Below are positions 47,501 through 56,984 of a DNA stretch of 64,000 nucleotides, piece by piece. Below the pieces are notes generated by a model. That model was given only the letters and a program-made list of their open reading frames with translations, made no database searches and had not been told where the DNA came from. Each line of letters starts with the position of its first letter. Position 1 is the stretch's first letter. The position numbers were made by a program, and so were the translations under genes. Origin of the DNA: Anaerolineae bacterium (GTDB lineage Bacteria; Chloroflexota; Anaerolineae; Epilineales; Epilineaceae); the NCBI GenBank assembly GCA_038913135.1, contig JBCLES010000010.1, positions 4,298 to 68,297 on the forward strand. Direction: 5' to 3'.

Positions 47501-49399
47501 TCACCCGCCCCACACCACCCCACCCGGGCACGGTAGGTCGCGGGCGAGTTCGTCGTAGATCGATTCGAGCGCCTCGGCATTCGGTGCTGCGAAGTAGTGA
47601 CCCGGCGTGCTTGCGATAGCCCTGAGCAAGGCCGCATCGACGTCGTCGCCCAAACCGATCGTGTAGATCGTCAAACCGGCATCGCGCCCTGCGGCGGCCG
47701 CGGCCAGCGCGGCGTCCGACGTCCCCGCATCCGGACGGCCATCGGTGAGGATTACGATAACCTGAGTGAAGTCCGGCACGGCGTCGATCGCAGCCTCCAA
47801 CATCGATGCCGACATGTCGAGTCCTTCGTCTATCCGCGTCCCCTCGCCCGTCAGGACGGAATCGATCCCCGCGTGGAGCGCCGCATGGTCAGCGGTCACA
47901 TCGACGATGATCCGGGCTCGGGCGTCGAACGCTACGATGCCGGCGAGATCGCCTCGCCCGAAGCCAGCGAGCACGTCGACAAATGCTTTGGCCGCCGCTT
48001 TGGCAGCTTCGAGCTTCGTCGTCCCACCACTCGCTTCGTCCATGCTTGAACTGGTGTCGATCGCGAGCGCGACGAGAAGCCGTCTCGTGCCCGGCTTACA
48101 CGTATTCTTCATAGCGACAGGCAGCCAGATCCGTCCGGGCTCCGTCGTGCTCGTCGGTGTGTTGGTGCTCGTCGCCTCGGGCATCGGCGTCGATTCGGGC
48201 GTGTCTATCGGGATTGGCGTTGGGCCCGGCGTGTCCGTGGGCAGACCGGTCGGGGTGGCGGTCGGGCAGATTTCGACGCTCAGGTCGGGCGAGGTCAGCG
48301 GGATCTCGACTGCGCGATCCATCGAGTCGACGATTCTCACGGCCGAAAGGGCGGAGTCCCGGAGCGGCCTCGTGCCGCCCGCCATGGCGGCAGAGATGCG
48401 ATATGTAGCGGTAAGAACGTCGCCGCGCTCAACGTCCGACCACGCGAAGACGTGAACGCCGTCGACCTCGCTCGGCGCCGGCGCGCCGCTGCCCGGGATC
48501 ATCGAGAAGCCAGGACCGAGCGCCTCGGCCAGGCTGACTGCGCCGGGCTGCAGGGATTCGACCTCCTCCATGAGCTCTGCCAGATCGCTCTCGACCCGCC
48601 TGGCCTGATTTAGGTTATGGTAGAAGCCGCCGCTCGCGATGTTGCGGATGTACTTACAGTGGTCACCGGGAATCCTGATGAGTCCGAACGGCGTCGCGTC
48701 CGGATTGCAGACTCCGATCACAGTGATGTCGGCGCCCTTAGCCCGATTCGCTGCGCCGACCTGTCGGTTGCAGAAGCTGTCAAAGCCCGTCGGGCAGCCG
48801 GTCGAGAAGAGGACTATGGCTTCGACGGCCGGCAGGGCTTCAGTGCGCCGCTCCTCTTCCAGTAAATCCTGGGCTTTGCCGAGCCAGTCGAAGTAGCGCA
48901 TGGTCGGATCGACGCGATCGAGGCGGATCGATCCGATCGCACCCATCACAGAACTCTTGCTGTCGGTCATCTCCTGCTCGACACGTTCCTGGATGCTCAC
49001 CGAAACCACGCCAGCCTTCGTGCCCGCGACATGGAAGGGCATCGAGTTCGCGATGCTTCGCGCCGCGTTCTTCACCTCGTCGAGGTGGTCCTCCATCAGA
49101 AGGTGCCGCCCGATGACGAATACGACCCGCATCGGCAGCTCAGTCGGGCAGGTAAGCCCGAGCGTGACCGTGACCTCTGCCGCCTCGCACTCCCGAATCG
49201 GTGACGCGACTACGGTGTCTGAGATCGCGAGCGTACACGCGCTCACCGGCTTGCGTGCGACCGTGCCCTGCGCGGCGACAGGCTCGATGCGCTCGAAGAG
49301 CAAGGCGACCGAGAGTAAGGCGAGCGAGAGAAAGGCGATGCCGGACGCGATCGCTAGGGTCGCGATTCCGGCCGACGAGCAGACAAGGTCGAGCCGCAT
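47501..49399 (-). CDS. Membrane-anchored protein with a degenerate vWA-like domain, PT linker and canonical C-terminal vWA domain
   Basis: N-terminal TM IATLAIASGIAFLSLALLSVALLF. The first vWA-like domain lacks MIDAS (VVFVIGRHLLMEDH). PT linker CPTATPTGLPTDTPGPTPIPIDTPESTPMPEATSTNTPTSTT, then RIWLPVAMKNTC, then vWA with ALAIDTSSSM...VILTDGRPD...IYTIGLG...YFAAPNAEALESIY. Confidence 0.8.
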   Translation of the reverse strand: MRLDLVCSSAGIATLAIASGIAFLSLALLSVALLFERIEPVAAQGTVARKPVSACTLAISDTVVASPIRECEAAEVTVTLGLTCPTELPMRVVFVIGRHLLMEDHLDEVKNAARSIANSMPFHVAGTKAGVVSVSIQERVEQEMTDSKSSVMGAIGSIRLDRVDPTMRYFDWLGKAQDLLEEERRTEALPAVEAIVLFSTGCPTGFDSFCNRQVGAANRAKGADITVIGVCNPDATPFGLIRIPGDHCKYIRNIASGGFYHNLNQARRVESDLAELMEEVESLQPGAVSLAEALGPGFSMIPGSGAPAPSEVDGVHVFAWSDVERGDVLTATYRISAAMAGGTRPLRDSALSAVRIVDSMDRAVEIPLTSPDLSVEICPTATPTGLPTDTPGPTPIPIDTPESTPMPEATSTNTPTSTTEPGRIWLPVAMKNTCKPGTRRLLVALAIDTSSSMDEASGGTTKLEAAKAAAKAFVDVLAGFGRGDLAGIVAFDARARIIVDVTADHAALHAGIDSVLTGEGTRIDEGLDMSASMLEAAIDAVPDFTQVIVILTDGRPDAGTSDAALAAAAAGRDAGLTIYTIGLGDDVDAALLRAIASTPGHYFAAPNAEALESIYDELARDLPCPGGVVWGG

Positions 49400-49568
49400 G
49401 TGGTCCTCCCCGGGAGCCGAAGTGCCGCGGGCCTATTGTTCGGAATTGTAACATGCTCACGGCCGGTTCCTCGCCCCGATCGCCGAAGCCAGATCGCCGA
49501 GGACTGATCGCCGGCATGTGGTGACAAGACCGAGTCACGTCTGCGTCGCCACTGCGGGCACCCTCGTA

Positions 49569-49591
49569 GGGGCACCCCATGTGGGTGCCCC
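49569..49591. terminator. GC-rich hairpin downstream of tsaD, related in sequence to the hairpin at 47457
   Basis: GGGGCACCC-catgt-GGGTGCCCC. The flanks also resemble the 47455-47512 element. Confidence 0.4.
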
Positions 49592-49618
49592 GGGTAAGGC
49601 CCACAATTCACCCGGCGA

Positions 49619-50686
49619 TCAGGCCCCGAGCGGCAACGACGCCATTACGTCGAGATCGAGGCCGGCCCGCGCGGCAACCTCCGGCGCGTCCTCGCACAGG
49701 CCGATGTGCGCCGCGGCCGCGATCATCGCGGCGTTGTCAGTGCACAGCGCCAGCGGCGGGAAGCGCACAGGGAGCGACGTCGCGTCCTTCAAGGCAGCGC
49801 GTAGCGCGACATTCGCCGCGACTCCGCCCGAGACTAACACCGCGCGCGCTTCCGGGTGCGCCTCGAGCGCGCGAACGACGCGGAGCGACAGCGCCTTGGC
49901 GACGGCCGCCTGAAACGAAGCGGTGAGATCCGCGACCGGAAGCGGCGCATCCGAGTCGCGCATGCCCTCGATCAGGCGCAGAAGCGCGGTCTTCAGACCA
50001 CTGAAGCTCAGGTCGAGTGGCCCGTCCGTCCGCCCTACTGGCAGTCGGAAGGCCGTCGGATCCCCGCCTTCCGCGGCCGCTTGGATGGCCGGGCCACCGG
50101 GATAGCCGAGCCCGAGCATGCGGGCGGCCTTGTCGAAGGCCTCGCCGGCCGCGTCGTCGAGCGTCCCGCCGATGTGCTCTATCGACCCGAAGGTCCGCAC
50201 CAGGTACAGCTCTGAATGACCGCCCGATACAACGAGCGCGACGTGAGGTAGCGGCGGATAGTCAACCGGCGGCGCTTCGTCGGGCTCGAACATTCGACCG
50301 TCGACGCAAAGCCGGTGGGAGGCGATATGCCCGGCGATATGGTGGACGCCGAGCAACGGGAGGCCGGTCGCCATCGAGATCCCCTTCGCAGCGTTGACGC
50401 CGACAAGCAGCGCCCCGGAAAGCCCGGGACCGCGCGTGACCGCGACGTCGTCGAGGTCGCCCCACCCGTGGCCGGCCGAACTGAGTGCGCTCAGGATGAC
50501 CGGGTGGATATCGCGGACGTGTTGGCGCGACGCGACCTCGGGGAAGACGCCACCGAACGGGGCGTGCAGGGCGGATTGGCTCGCGACAACGTTGGAGAGG
50601 ACGTACCGCCCGTCGCGGACGACCGCGGCCGCAGTCTCGTCGCACGACGTCTCGATGGCGAGAATGAGCGTGCTTCGTTCGCTCAT
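49619..50686 (-). CDS. tsaD: tRNA N6-adenosine threonylcarbamoyltransferase
   Basis: LILAIETSCDETAAAVV, GVHHIAGHI and LVVSGGHSELY are canonical Kae1/TsaD motifs. Confidence 0.9.
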   Translation of the reverse strand: MSERSTLILAIETSCDETAAAVVRDGRYVLSNVVASQSALHAPFGGVFPEVASRQHVRDIHPVILSALSSAGHGWGDLDDVAVTRGPGLSGALLVGVNAAKGISMATGLPLLGVHHIAGHIASHRLCVDGRMFEPDEAPPVDYPPLPHVALVVSGGHSELYLVRTFGSIEHIGGTLDDAAGEAFDKAARMLGLGYPGGPAIQAAAEGGDPTAFRLPVGRTDGPLDLSFSGLKTALLRLIEGMRDSDAPLPVADLTASFQAAVAKALSLRVVRALEAHPEARAVLVSGGVAANVALRAALKDATSLPVRFPPLALCTDNAAMIAAAAHIGLCEDAPEVAARAGLDLDVMASLPLGA

Positions 50687-51660
50687 GATCGCTGTTCCGA
50701 CCTGGCTCGCGAGGCAGCGCCCGACTCGGCGATCGAGGCGGCTCCCGAAGTGGCATCCGAATCGGCGATCGAAGTGACACTCGACCCGGCGCCCGAGGAC
50801 GCCGCTCGCAACCGTTCGACCGTTTCAGGCGGGACGTCGACGGAGCCGAGCATCCTGTCCGGGCGACGTGCACCGTGGAAGTCGCTGCCGCCAGTCGGGA
50901 CCAAGCCGTTGTGGTCGGCTAGGGCGCGGAGCCAGCGGACCGTCCCCGCGGAGTAACTAGGGTAGTGGCATTCCAGGCCGCCGAGACCGGCTTCGACGAG
51001 AGTCGGCAAGAGGTGTCGAAGGCGCTTCGGATCGCGGCGTGGAGCGCCGGGCGGCACCGGGTGCGCGATGACCGGCACACCGCCGGCGGCGCGGATGACG
51101 GCGCAGGCTTCGGCCGGGCTCAGCCGAGTCCTAGGCACATAGGCCGGAGCGCGCACACCGATCAGCTCCGCAAAGGCGATTCCGAAGTCCGTGACGACGC
51201 CCGAATCGAAAAGCGCCTGGGCGATATGCGGGCGCCCGATCGGAGCCGTGCCCGCGATAGCCGCCACGTCCTCGAAGGCGATCTCGATCCCCCGCCCGCG
51301 CAGACGGTCCACCATCGCTCGAGCGCGCTCTTCGCGGCCCGCTCGGATCCGCAGAAAGAGCGCCTGCAGCGACGGCGTTTCTGCCTCTACGAAGTACCCG
51401 AGGATGTCGGTGATCCCTTCGCTCGGCGTCTCGCAACCGATCTCCACCGCTGGGACGATCTCGATGCCGTGATCGAACGCTTCGGCCTGCGCTCCGGGGA
51501 TGCCGGCCATGTTGTCGTGGTCGGTCAGGGCGAGCGTCCCGATGCCGGCGGCCGCGGCGGCGGCAACGAGTTCGCGCGGCGACAGCTCTCCGTCGGATGC
51601 GGTCGAGTGGGTGTGGAGGTCGATCCGGCCGGGACGCGACCGGTTCGTGCCGCCGGGCAT
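50683..51660 (-). CDS. PHP domain phosphoesterase (TrpH/YciV-like)
   Basis: IDLHTHSTASDG, ALTDHDN and IAHP motifs. The stop overlaps the tsaD start (ATGA). Low-complexity Ser/Ala C-terminal tail. Confidence 0.8.
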   Translation of the reverse strand: MPGGTNRSRPGRIDLHTHSTASDGELSPRELVAAAAAAGIGTLALTDHDNMAGIPGAQAEAFDHGIEIVPAVEIGCETPSEGITDILGYFVEAETPSLQALFLRIRAGREERARAMVDRLRGRGIEIAFEDVAAIAGTAPIGRPHIAQALFDSGVVTDFGIAFAELIGVRAPAYVPRTRLSPAEACAVIRAAGGVPVIAHPVPPGAPRRDPKRLRHLLPTLVEAGLGGLECHYPSYSAGTVRWLRALADHNGLVPTGGSDFHGARRPDRMLGSVDVPPETVERLRAASSGAGSSVTSIADSDATSGAASIAESGAASRARSEQRS

Positions 51661-51662
51661 AA

Positions 51663-52808
51663 TCAGCGTCCCGCGGCGTCGCCGATATCGCCTGCCCCGC
51701 CGGTATCGCCCGCCTCACGCTCGATCAGTCTCCGCTCGGCCACGGTCCGCCGCCTGCCGTCGTGCGGGCTGCGCCGGCTGAGCGAGGCGACCTGCTGTTC
51801 GGCGCGATAGCTCGAACGCACCAGCGGTCCGGCTTCGACCCAGCGCATGCCGAGTTCCAAGCCTCGTTCGCGGAGGCGATCGAATTCTTCGGGACGCCAG
51901 TAGCGGGCGATCGGGAGGTGCGTTTCGGTCGGGCGGAGGTATTGGCCGACGGTCAGGATGTCGACGTCGATCTCGACGAGGTCACGGATCAGGGATTCGA
52001 CCTCGTCCAACGTCTCGCCGAGCCCGACCATGATCCCGGTCTTGGTCAGGACGCTTCCGTCCATCTCCTTGGCCCAGCGGAGCACGTCGAGGGATCGCCG
52101 ATAGATCGCTTGCGGACGGACAGTTCGATACAGGCGCGGCACGGTCTCGACATTGTGGTTCAGGATTTCGGGCCGCGCGTCCATCACAACCTGGAGGGCG
52201 GCCCGGTCACCGCAGAAGTCCGGGATCAACACCTCGATCGAGGTCTGGGGCGAAAGCGCGCGCGCTCGACTGATGCTGCGGGCGAAAATTGCGGCGCCGC
52301 CATCCGGCAATTCATCGCGATTGACCGACGTTATCACGGAGTGCGTGAGGTTCAAGCGCTCGATGGTCCGCGCGACACGCTCCGGCTCCAGAACGTCGAA
52401 GCCGCTCGGTCGGCCAGTCTTGATCGCGCAGAAGCCGCAGCTGCGGGTGCAGGTGTCGCCCATTATGAGAAACGTGGCGGTCCCGGCCCCCCAGCATTCG
52501 CCGATGTTAGGGCAGCGCGCCTCTTCGCAAACGGTATGAAGGTTTCCGGTGCGCATCAGGCTTTGAACCTGTTGAAAGGAGTCGCCCCATGGCGCCTTGA
52601 CCTTCAGCCACGGCGGCCGCCGGTGCTTGAAGGGGAGCGGCGCATCGCCTTCGGCGGTGAGCCGGTCGAGGTCGAGGAGTTGGATAGGGGCGGGGCTGCC
52701 AGCACGCTCGCGATCCGTGCTGCGAACAGCGCCGGCCACGTCGGAACCCTTCGTGCCGTCCGGGTTGTGCCTGTACAGGGGAATCGGCTCGGAGCCTGGT
52801 GTCGTCAT
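51663..52808 (-). CDS. lipA: Lipoyl synthase
   Basis: [13 protein letters not shown] and [10 protein letters not shown] Cys clusters, and [10 protein letters not shown]. The ATG at 52808 was chosen as start. The C-terminal extension of about 45 aa is unusual. Confidence 0.9.
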   Translation of the reverse strand: MTTPGSEPIPLYRHNPDGTKGSDVAGAVRSTDRERAGSPAPIQLLDLDRLTAEGDAPLPFKHRRPPWLKVKAPWGDSFQQVQSLMRTGNLHTVCEEARCPNIGECWGAGTATFLIMGDTCTRSCGFCAIKTGRPSGFDVLEPERVARTIERLNLTHSVITSVNRDELPDGGAAIFARSISRARALSPQTSIEVLIPDFCGDRAALQVVMDARPEILNHNVETVPRLYRTVRPQAIYRRSLDVLRWAKEMDGSVLTKTGIMVGLGETLDEVESLIRDLVEIDVDILTVGQYLRPTETHLPIARYWRPEEFDRLRERGLELGMRWVEAGPLVRSSYRAEQQVASLSRRSPHDGRRRTVAERRLIEREAGDTGGAGDIGDAAGR

Positions 52809-53386
52809 GCGGAGATTATGGCAGCGGGCGGGTGGGAGGCCAAGGTCGGGAGGCCGAGTTCGGGCGACCAAGACCGAGGGGCGCCCGCTAACTCGGTTCG
52901 CCCGTTAGCGCCGGCGTTTGCACCTAACGAACCGCCCGGCTCGGACGCGCTATGAAGTTGGGGGAGTGGCGTCAATCAACTCGTTTGCGCCAGACCTGCC
53001 GTCCCCCTCGTCACCCCGGCGACCCCCTCTTCGAATTCTCGAATGCGCCCGCTTTGGGAAGCCGGATGCTCTTCCCAGAGATGGACTCGAACCATCTACC
53101 ACACTCTGTGGCTCGTTTCCATAGCAGGTTCACTACTCGACTTTCGGGTTCCCGCACTGGTGGTCTTAAGTTTCTCGGAGCAAGTTGCGCGATTTGAACG
53201 GGCCAATCGAGGAGAAAGCGTTGCGATTCGGTTGAATCCCAGCGGATGGGAAATGCGTGTCACCAGACGAAGTGTGATCGGCCGAACTCAGGATATCGGA
53301 TCACGGACCAAAGAAGTAAACATGCCGCTGCAGCCGCGTCATTCAACCGGTCAGTGCTTTCCAGCTGGTTCTTCCTTCCTTTCTGT

Positions 53387-53827
53387 TCAATCCGGCACTT
53401 CGATCGGCCCCGCCGGCACGCCCTCAATCCATGCCTCGCCGTCCGCCCAGATCTCCTTTTTCCAGATCGGAACCGCGGTCTTCAACGTGTCGATGGCCCA
53501 GCGGCACGCTTCGAAGGCCTCCGCGCGGTGCGGCGACGAGACTGCGATGACCACGCTCGCTTCGCCGATCTCGAGGCGCCCCGTCCGATGGACGATGGCC
53601 GCCCGCGCCCCCGGCCACCGCTCCGCGACGACCTCCGCGATCCGCACCATGGAGGGCATGGCCATCTCGGGGAAGGCCTCGTACTCCAGATGCCCGACGT
53701 CTCTGCCCAAGTTCGAGTTCCGAACGACGCCGAGAAACGTACAAATCGCGCCTGCCTCCGGTCTAGCGACGGCCGCCTCCACGACGCGCGGATCGATCGG
53801 CGACTCGGTGAGCTCTACCATCGGCAT
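53387..53827 (-). CDS. moaE: Molybdopterin synthase catalytic subunit
   Basis: GAICTFLGVVRN...LEYEAFPEMA...IVHRTGRLEIGEASVVIAVSSPHRAEAFEACRWAIDTLKTAVPIWKKE. Confidence 0.85.
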   Translation of the reverse strand: MPMVELTESPIDPRVVEAAVARPEAGAICTFLGVVRNSNLGRDVGHLEYEAFPEMAMPSMVRIAEVVAERWPGARAAIVHRTGRLEIGEASVVIAVSSPHRAEAFEACRWAIDTLKTAVPIWKKEIWADGEAWIEGVPAGPIEVPD

Positions 53828-53957
53828 CACCGGCCACCCATATCGCGATTCGGGCCGCATGCCAGATGGCTCGACCGGACGCACGCTGCAGGGAGCTTAC
53901 AGCGACTGCGTCGGAGGAGACTCCGTCGGCGGCTCGGCCGGCCGATGCCTCCCGATC

Positions 53958-54197
53958 TCATCCGCCGCTGACCGGGGGCAGGAAGGCAACCTCATCGCCG
54001 TCGGCAACCCGCGCGTCCATGCGCGCCCACTGCGCGTTGACCGCCGCCGCTGGGACATGTCGATCAAGTTCGGGATGTCGCGCCACGAGCCATGCCCATA
54101 GCTCGTTCACCGTGTCGGCCGCATCGGCCGGGGCTTCGAGGCGATCTGCGCCCGCAGTCTCGCGGAACATCGCGAAGAGCCGGATTTGCACGGTCAT
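53958..54197 (-). CDS. moaD: Molybdopterin synthase sulfur carrier subunit (MoaD/ThiS fold)
   Basis: 79 aa. MTVQIRLFAMFRETAG...DGDEVAFLPPVSGG with the C-terminal Gly-Gly. Confidence 0.8.
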   Translation of the reverse strand: MTVQIRLFAMFRETAGADRLEAPADAADTVNELWAWLVARHPELDRHVPAAAVNAQWARMDARVADGDEVAFLPPVSGG

Positions 54198-54331
54198 ACG
54201 AGCCACTCCTCAGCGGCGAGCCGCTCCTCCTCGCGGAGCCGAGTTCGCACGCTCATAAGACTCGCTCTCGCACCGACGAACCGCTTCCCTCCGTCGAGCC
54301 GAGTTCGCACGCTCATACGACTCGCTCTCGC
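54181..54331. repeat. 60-bp tandem repeat (2 full units plus the homologous moaD start) at the yitJ-like/moaD junction
   Basis: Minus-strand units at 54331-54272 and 54271-54212 both contain GCGAGAGCGAGTC(G/T)TATGAGCGTGCGAACTCGGCTC. The third unit is the genuine moaD start, GGCTCGTATGACCGTGCAAATCCGGCTC. Confidence 0.85.
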
Positions 54332-56292
54332 CCGGGGACCATCCCCGACCCGGCAATCTCCGCCACGACAGACTCGACGTGCTCGATATGGCCGAAGGGC
54401 GGGACAAGTTGCACCCCGCCTACGATGTCGCGGAGCGCATCGACCAACTCACAGGCAATTACTATCCCTTCGCGGCGGGCGTCGATCGATGCCGCGATCC
54501 GTTCCATCACCTGATCCGGGATGTCGAGATCGGGCACCTCGTTATGCAAATAGCGCGCGTGTCGTACGTTCCAAAGTGGAATCACGGTCGCGATGAACGG
54601 CACTGGAAAGCTTCCGCCGAACGAGTGCCGCGCCCTGAGGACGTCCTCGGAATCGAAAATAGGGCGGCTGATCACGAAGCGCGCGCCGGCATCGACTTTG
54701 GCCTTTAGTTCGGTGCGCGCACGCTCGGGATCCCGCGCAGCCGGATCGAATTCGCAACCCACATGAAAGGCCGTTTGCTCTTCGAGTGCTCGACCTTCAG
54801 GATCGAAGCCGCGATTGAAGCCGTCGATCATTCGGACGAGACCGATGTCGTTGAGGTCGCGCACCACGGTCGCATCCGGATAGTCGCCGTTAGCCGGCAG
54901 ATCGCCTGCTACGACCAAGATATCGCGAGCGCCCAGTGCGTGGGCACCAAGGATCTCGGAATGCGTCGCGACTAGGTTGCGATACGCACAGCCCAATTGG
55001 AGGACGGTCGGCAGGCCGACTTCGCCGCGCAACACGGCGCTGAGCGCGAGTGCGCTTACCCGAGCTCTGGCTCCGGCAGCATCGGTCAGGCACAGTGAGT
55101 CGACGATGCCGGAGTCACGCAGACGGCGCAGACTCGGCAAGAGTGGTGAGATGTTGAAACCACGGGGCGGGTCGATCTGAACCAGGGTCGCAAAGCGCTC
55201 CGACAGGATGGATTCGAGCGGCGTCGGACCCCGAAGTTCGGAGGGAATTGCCTGGACGGCTGGCCCTGGACCCAACACCGGGAACGAGGGCCTCGGCGGC
55301 TCGCGCCGTGCGCCGCTGATCGCCGCGCCGATCGCCGAAATGTGCTGCGGACCCGTGCCGCAACAACCGCCGATCAGTCGAACACCGGCGTCAACCATTC
55401 TCGCGCTTCTATCGGCGACATAGTCCGGCGATGAGGAGTAGATGTAGCGGCCGGCGACCAGCGTCGGCAGGCCGGCGTTTGGCATGGCGGCGAGCGGCAC
55501 AGTCGCCACAGCGGCCATGCGCGCGACCACCTCGAGCATCGGCGCGGGACCCGTGCTGCAATTCGTTCCGATAACGTCAGCGCCGTCTGCCTCGAGATCG
55601 GCGACGACCTCCTCGGGAGTCGCCCCGCTCGCCGTCCGTCCCTCCGGTCCGAACGTCATAAGGACGCAAACGGGCTTATCCGACACCTTCCGCGCCGCTT
55701 CGAGCGCCAAGCGGGCCTCTCCAAGATCGCCCATGGTCTCGATGATGATCAGGTCGACGCCGCCTTTCACGAGACCGGTGATGGCATCGGCGAAAGCCGC
55801 CTTCGCGACCCCTCGATCCAACGCGCCGACGGGCGCGATAGGCACGCCGAGCGGGCCGACGCTGCCAGCGACCCAGATCCGCTCACCGGCCCCGGTCCGA
55901 TGGCTCGAGTCCAACTCGCCCACGCCATACTCGCCCGCTCCGGCGCCCGCCGCTCCCGTCGCTGCCGCGCCCATACTATGCGCATCCGCGACCGAGCGCG
56001 CGATCCGCGCGCCCGCCTCGGCTATCTCGGCCGCCCGCTCCGCAAGACCGTGTTCGGCCAGGCGAATGGCGTTCGCACCGAAAGTGTTCGTCTCGATCAA
56101 TCGGGCGCCGGCCGCTACATACGATCTATGGACCTCGGTGACTAGCTCAGGATCCGAAAGGTTCAACGCGTCGAAACATTTCTCGAAGCCGACGCCGTGG
56201 GCGTAGAGCTGGGTGCCCATCGCGCCGTCGGCAAGGAGTGGCCCCTCTGAAAGTCGCGCCAGGAACGCCGCGATCGGATTGTCCGTGCTCAT
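54313..56292 (-). CDS. Bifunctional homocysteine S-methyltransferase / 5,10-methylenetetrahydrofolate reductase (YitJ-like)
   Basis: N-terminal LADGAMGTQL, IETNTFGAN and GGCCGTGPQHI (Hcy-binding, Zn Cys motif). The C-terminal half is an MTHFR-type TIM barrel (VQIDPPRG...ILVVAGDLP...FVISRPIF). Confidence 0.85.
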   Translation of the reverse strand: MSTDNPIAAFLARLSEGPLLADGAMGTQLYAHGVGFEKCFDALNLSDPELVTEVHRSYVAAGARLIETNTFGANAIRLAEHGLAERAAEIAEAGARIARSVADAHSMGAAATGAAGAGAGEYGVGELDSSHRTGAGERIWVAGSVGPLGVPIAPVGALDRGVAKAAFADAITGLVKGGVDLIIIETMGDLGEARLALEAARKVSDKPVCVLMTFGPEGRTASGATPEEVVADLEADGADVIGTNCSTGPAPMLEVVARMAAVATVPLAAMPNAGLPTLVAGRYIYSSSPDYVADRSARMVDAGVRLIGGCCGTGPQHISAIGAAISGARREPPRPSFPVLGPGPAVQAIPSELRGPTPLESILSERFATLVQIDPPRGFNISPLLPSLRRLRDSGIVDSLCLTDAAGARARVSALALSAVLRGEVGLPTVLQLGCAYRNLVATHSEILGAHALGARDILVVAGDLPANGDYPDATVVRDLNDIGLVRMIDGFNRGFDPEGRALEEQTAFHVGCEFDPAARDPERARTELKAKVDAGARFVISRPIFDSEDVLRARHSFGGSFPVPFIATVIPLWNVRHARYLHNEVPDLDIPDQVMERIAASIDARREGIVIACELVDALRDIVGGVQLVPPFGHIEHVESVVAEIAGSGMVPGRERVV

Positions 56293-56981
56293 TCGTAGCC
56301 CTCGTCGCGACGCGCGCGTGTCAGCCAGTCCAGAACGAAAGGATTGGACGCCTTTTCGTGTCCGACGGTTGTCACGGGCCCATGACCGCTGAAGAGCAGC
56401 GTCTCGTCGGGCAGAACCAGGATCTCACGCTCGATGGAGCGCATCAGCGTACCGTAGTCACCGCCGAGCAGGTCGACGCGTCCGATGGACCCACGGAAGA
56501 TCACGTCGCCGCAAAGCGCGAACGTCCGGACGCTCCCCTCGTAATTCACGGGAGGTCCAACCAACGTTACATGGCCCGGCGCGTGGCCCGGCGTGTCGCG
56601 CACTTCCAGCTCGAAACCGCCGACGGCGATGCGCTCCCCGGGAATCAGGTGTCGATCGACTATGGGCGGATCCATCGGCGGGAAACCGTACATCGCGGCC
56701 TGAGTCGCCACGCCTGCCAGCATCGGTTCCGCTTCCTTATGGAGCCAGAACGGGACATCGACTAACGCCTGCAACGCGCCTACTCCACTGACATGGTCGA
56801 TATGGGAATGGGTGTTGACGATCGCCTTCACGCGGACGCCTTGCTGCGCCGCGGCGCGGACGATCTCTTCGGCGCGCCCGCCGGGATCCACGACTATCGC
56901 TTCGCCCGAGTCGGCATCACCGACCAGGTAAGTGTTCTCGGCGAAGGGTTGAGTAACGAACACGTCGAGGACGAAGCGCAT
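56289..56981 (-). CDS. MBL-fold metallo-hydrolase (glyoxalase II-like)
   Basis: NTHSHIDHVSG (HxHxDH), TPGHAPGHV and GDVIFRGSIGRVD. The stop overlaps the downstream start. Confidence 0.8.
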   Translation of the reverse strand: MRFVLDVFVTQPFAENTYLVGDADSGEAIVVDPGGRAEEIVRAAAQQGVRVKAIVNTHSHIDHVSGVGALQALVDVPFWLHKEAEPMLAGVATQAAMYGFPPMDPPIVDRHLIPGERIAVGGFELEVRDTPGHAPGHVTLVGPPVNYEGSVRTFALCGDVIFRGSIGRVDLLGGDYGTLMRSIEREILVLPDETLLFSGHGPVTTVGHEKASNPFVLDWLTRARRDEGYE

Positions 56982-56984
56982 GCA

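Noticed and set aside
53066-53100. tRNA, tRNA-Sec or tmRNA gene suggested by a perfect T-arm (GATGG-TTCGAGT-CCATC) on the minus strand
   Set aside because: No complementary 5' acceptor strand lies at a tRNA-compatible distance, no anticodon stem can be formed, the putative acceptor would start with U, and there is no CCA or G1. The 3' end also does not match tmRNA. It is kept only as part of a candidate structured-RNA or relic region.
56289-56292. SAM (S-box) riboswitch upstream of the yitJ-like gene, as in Bacillus
   Set aside because: The gene's start overlaps the stop of the upstream MBL hydrolase gene, so there is no leader in which a riboswitch could sit.
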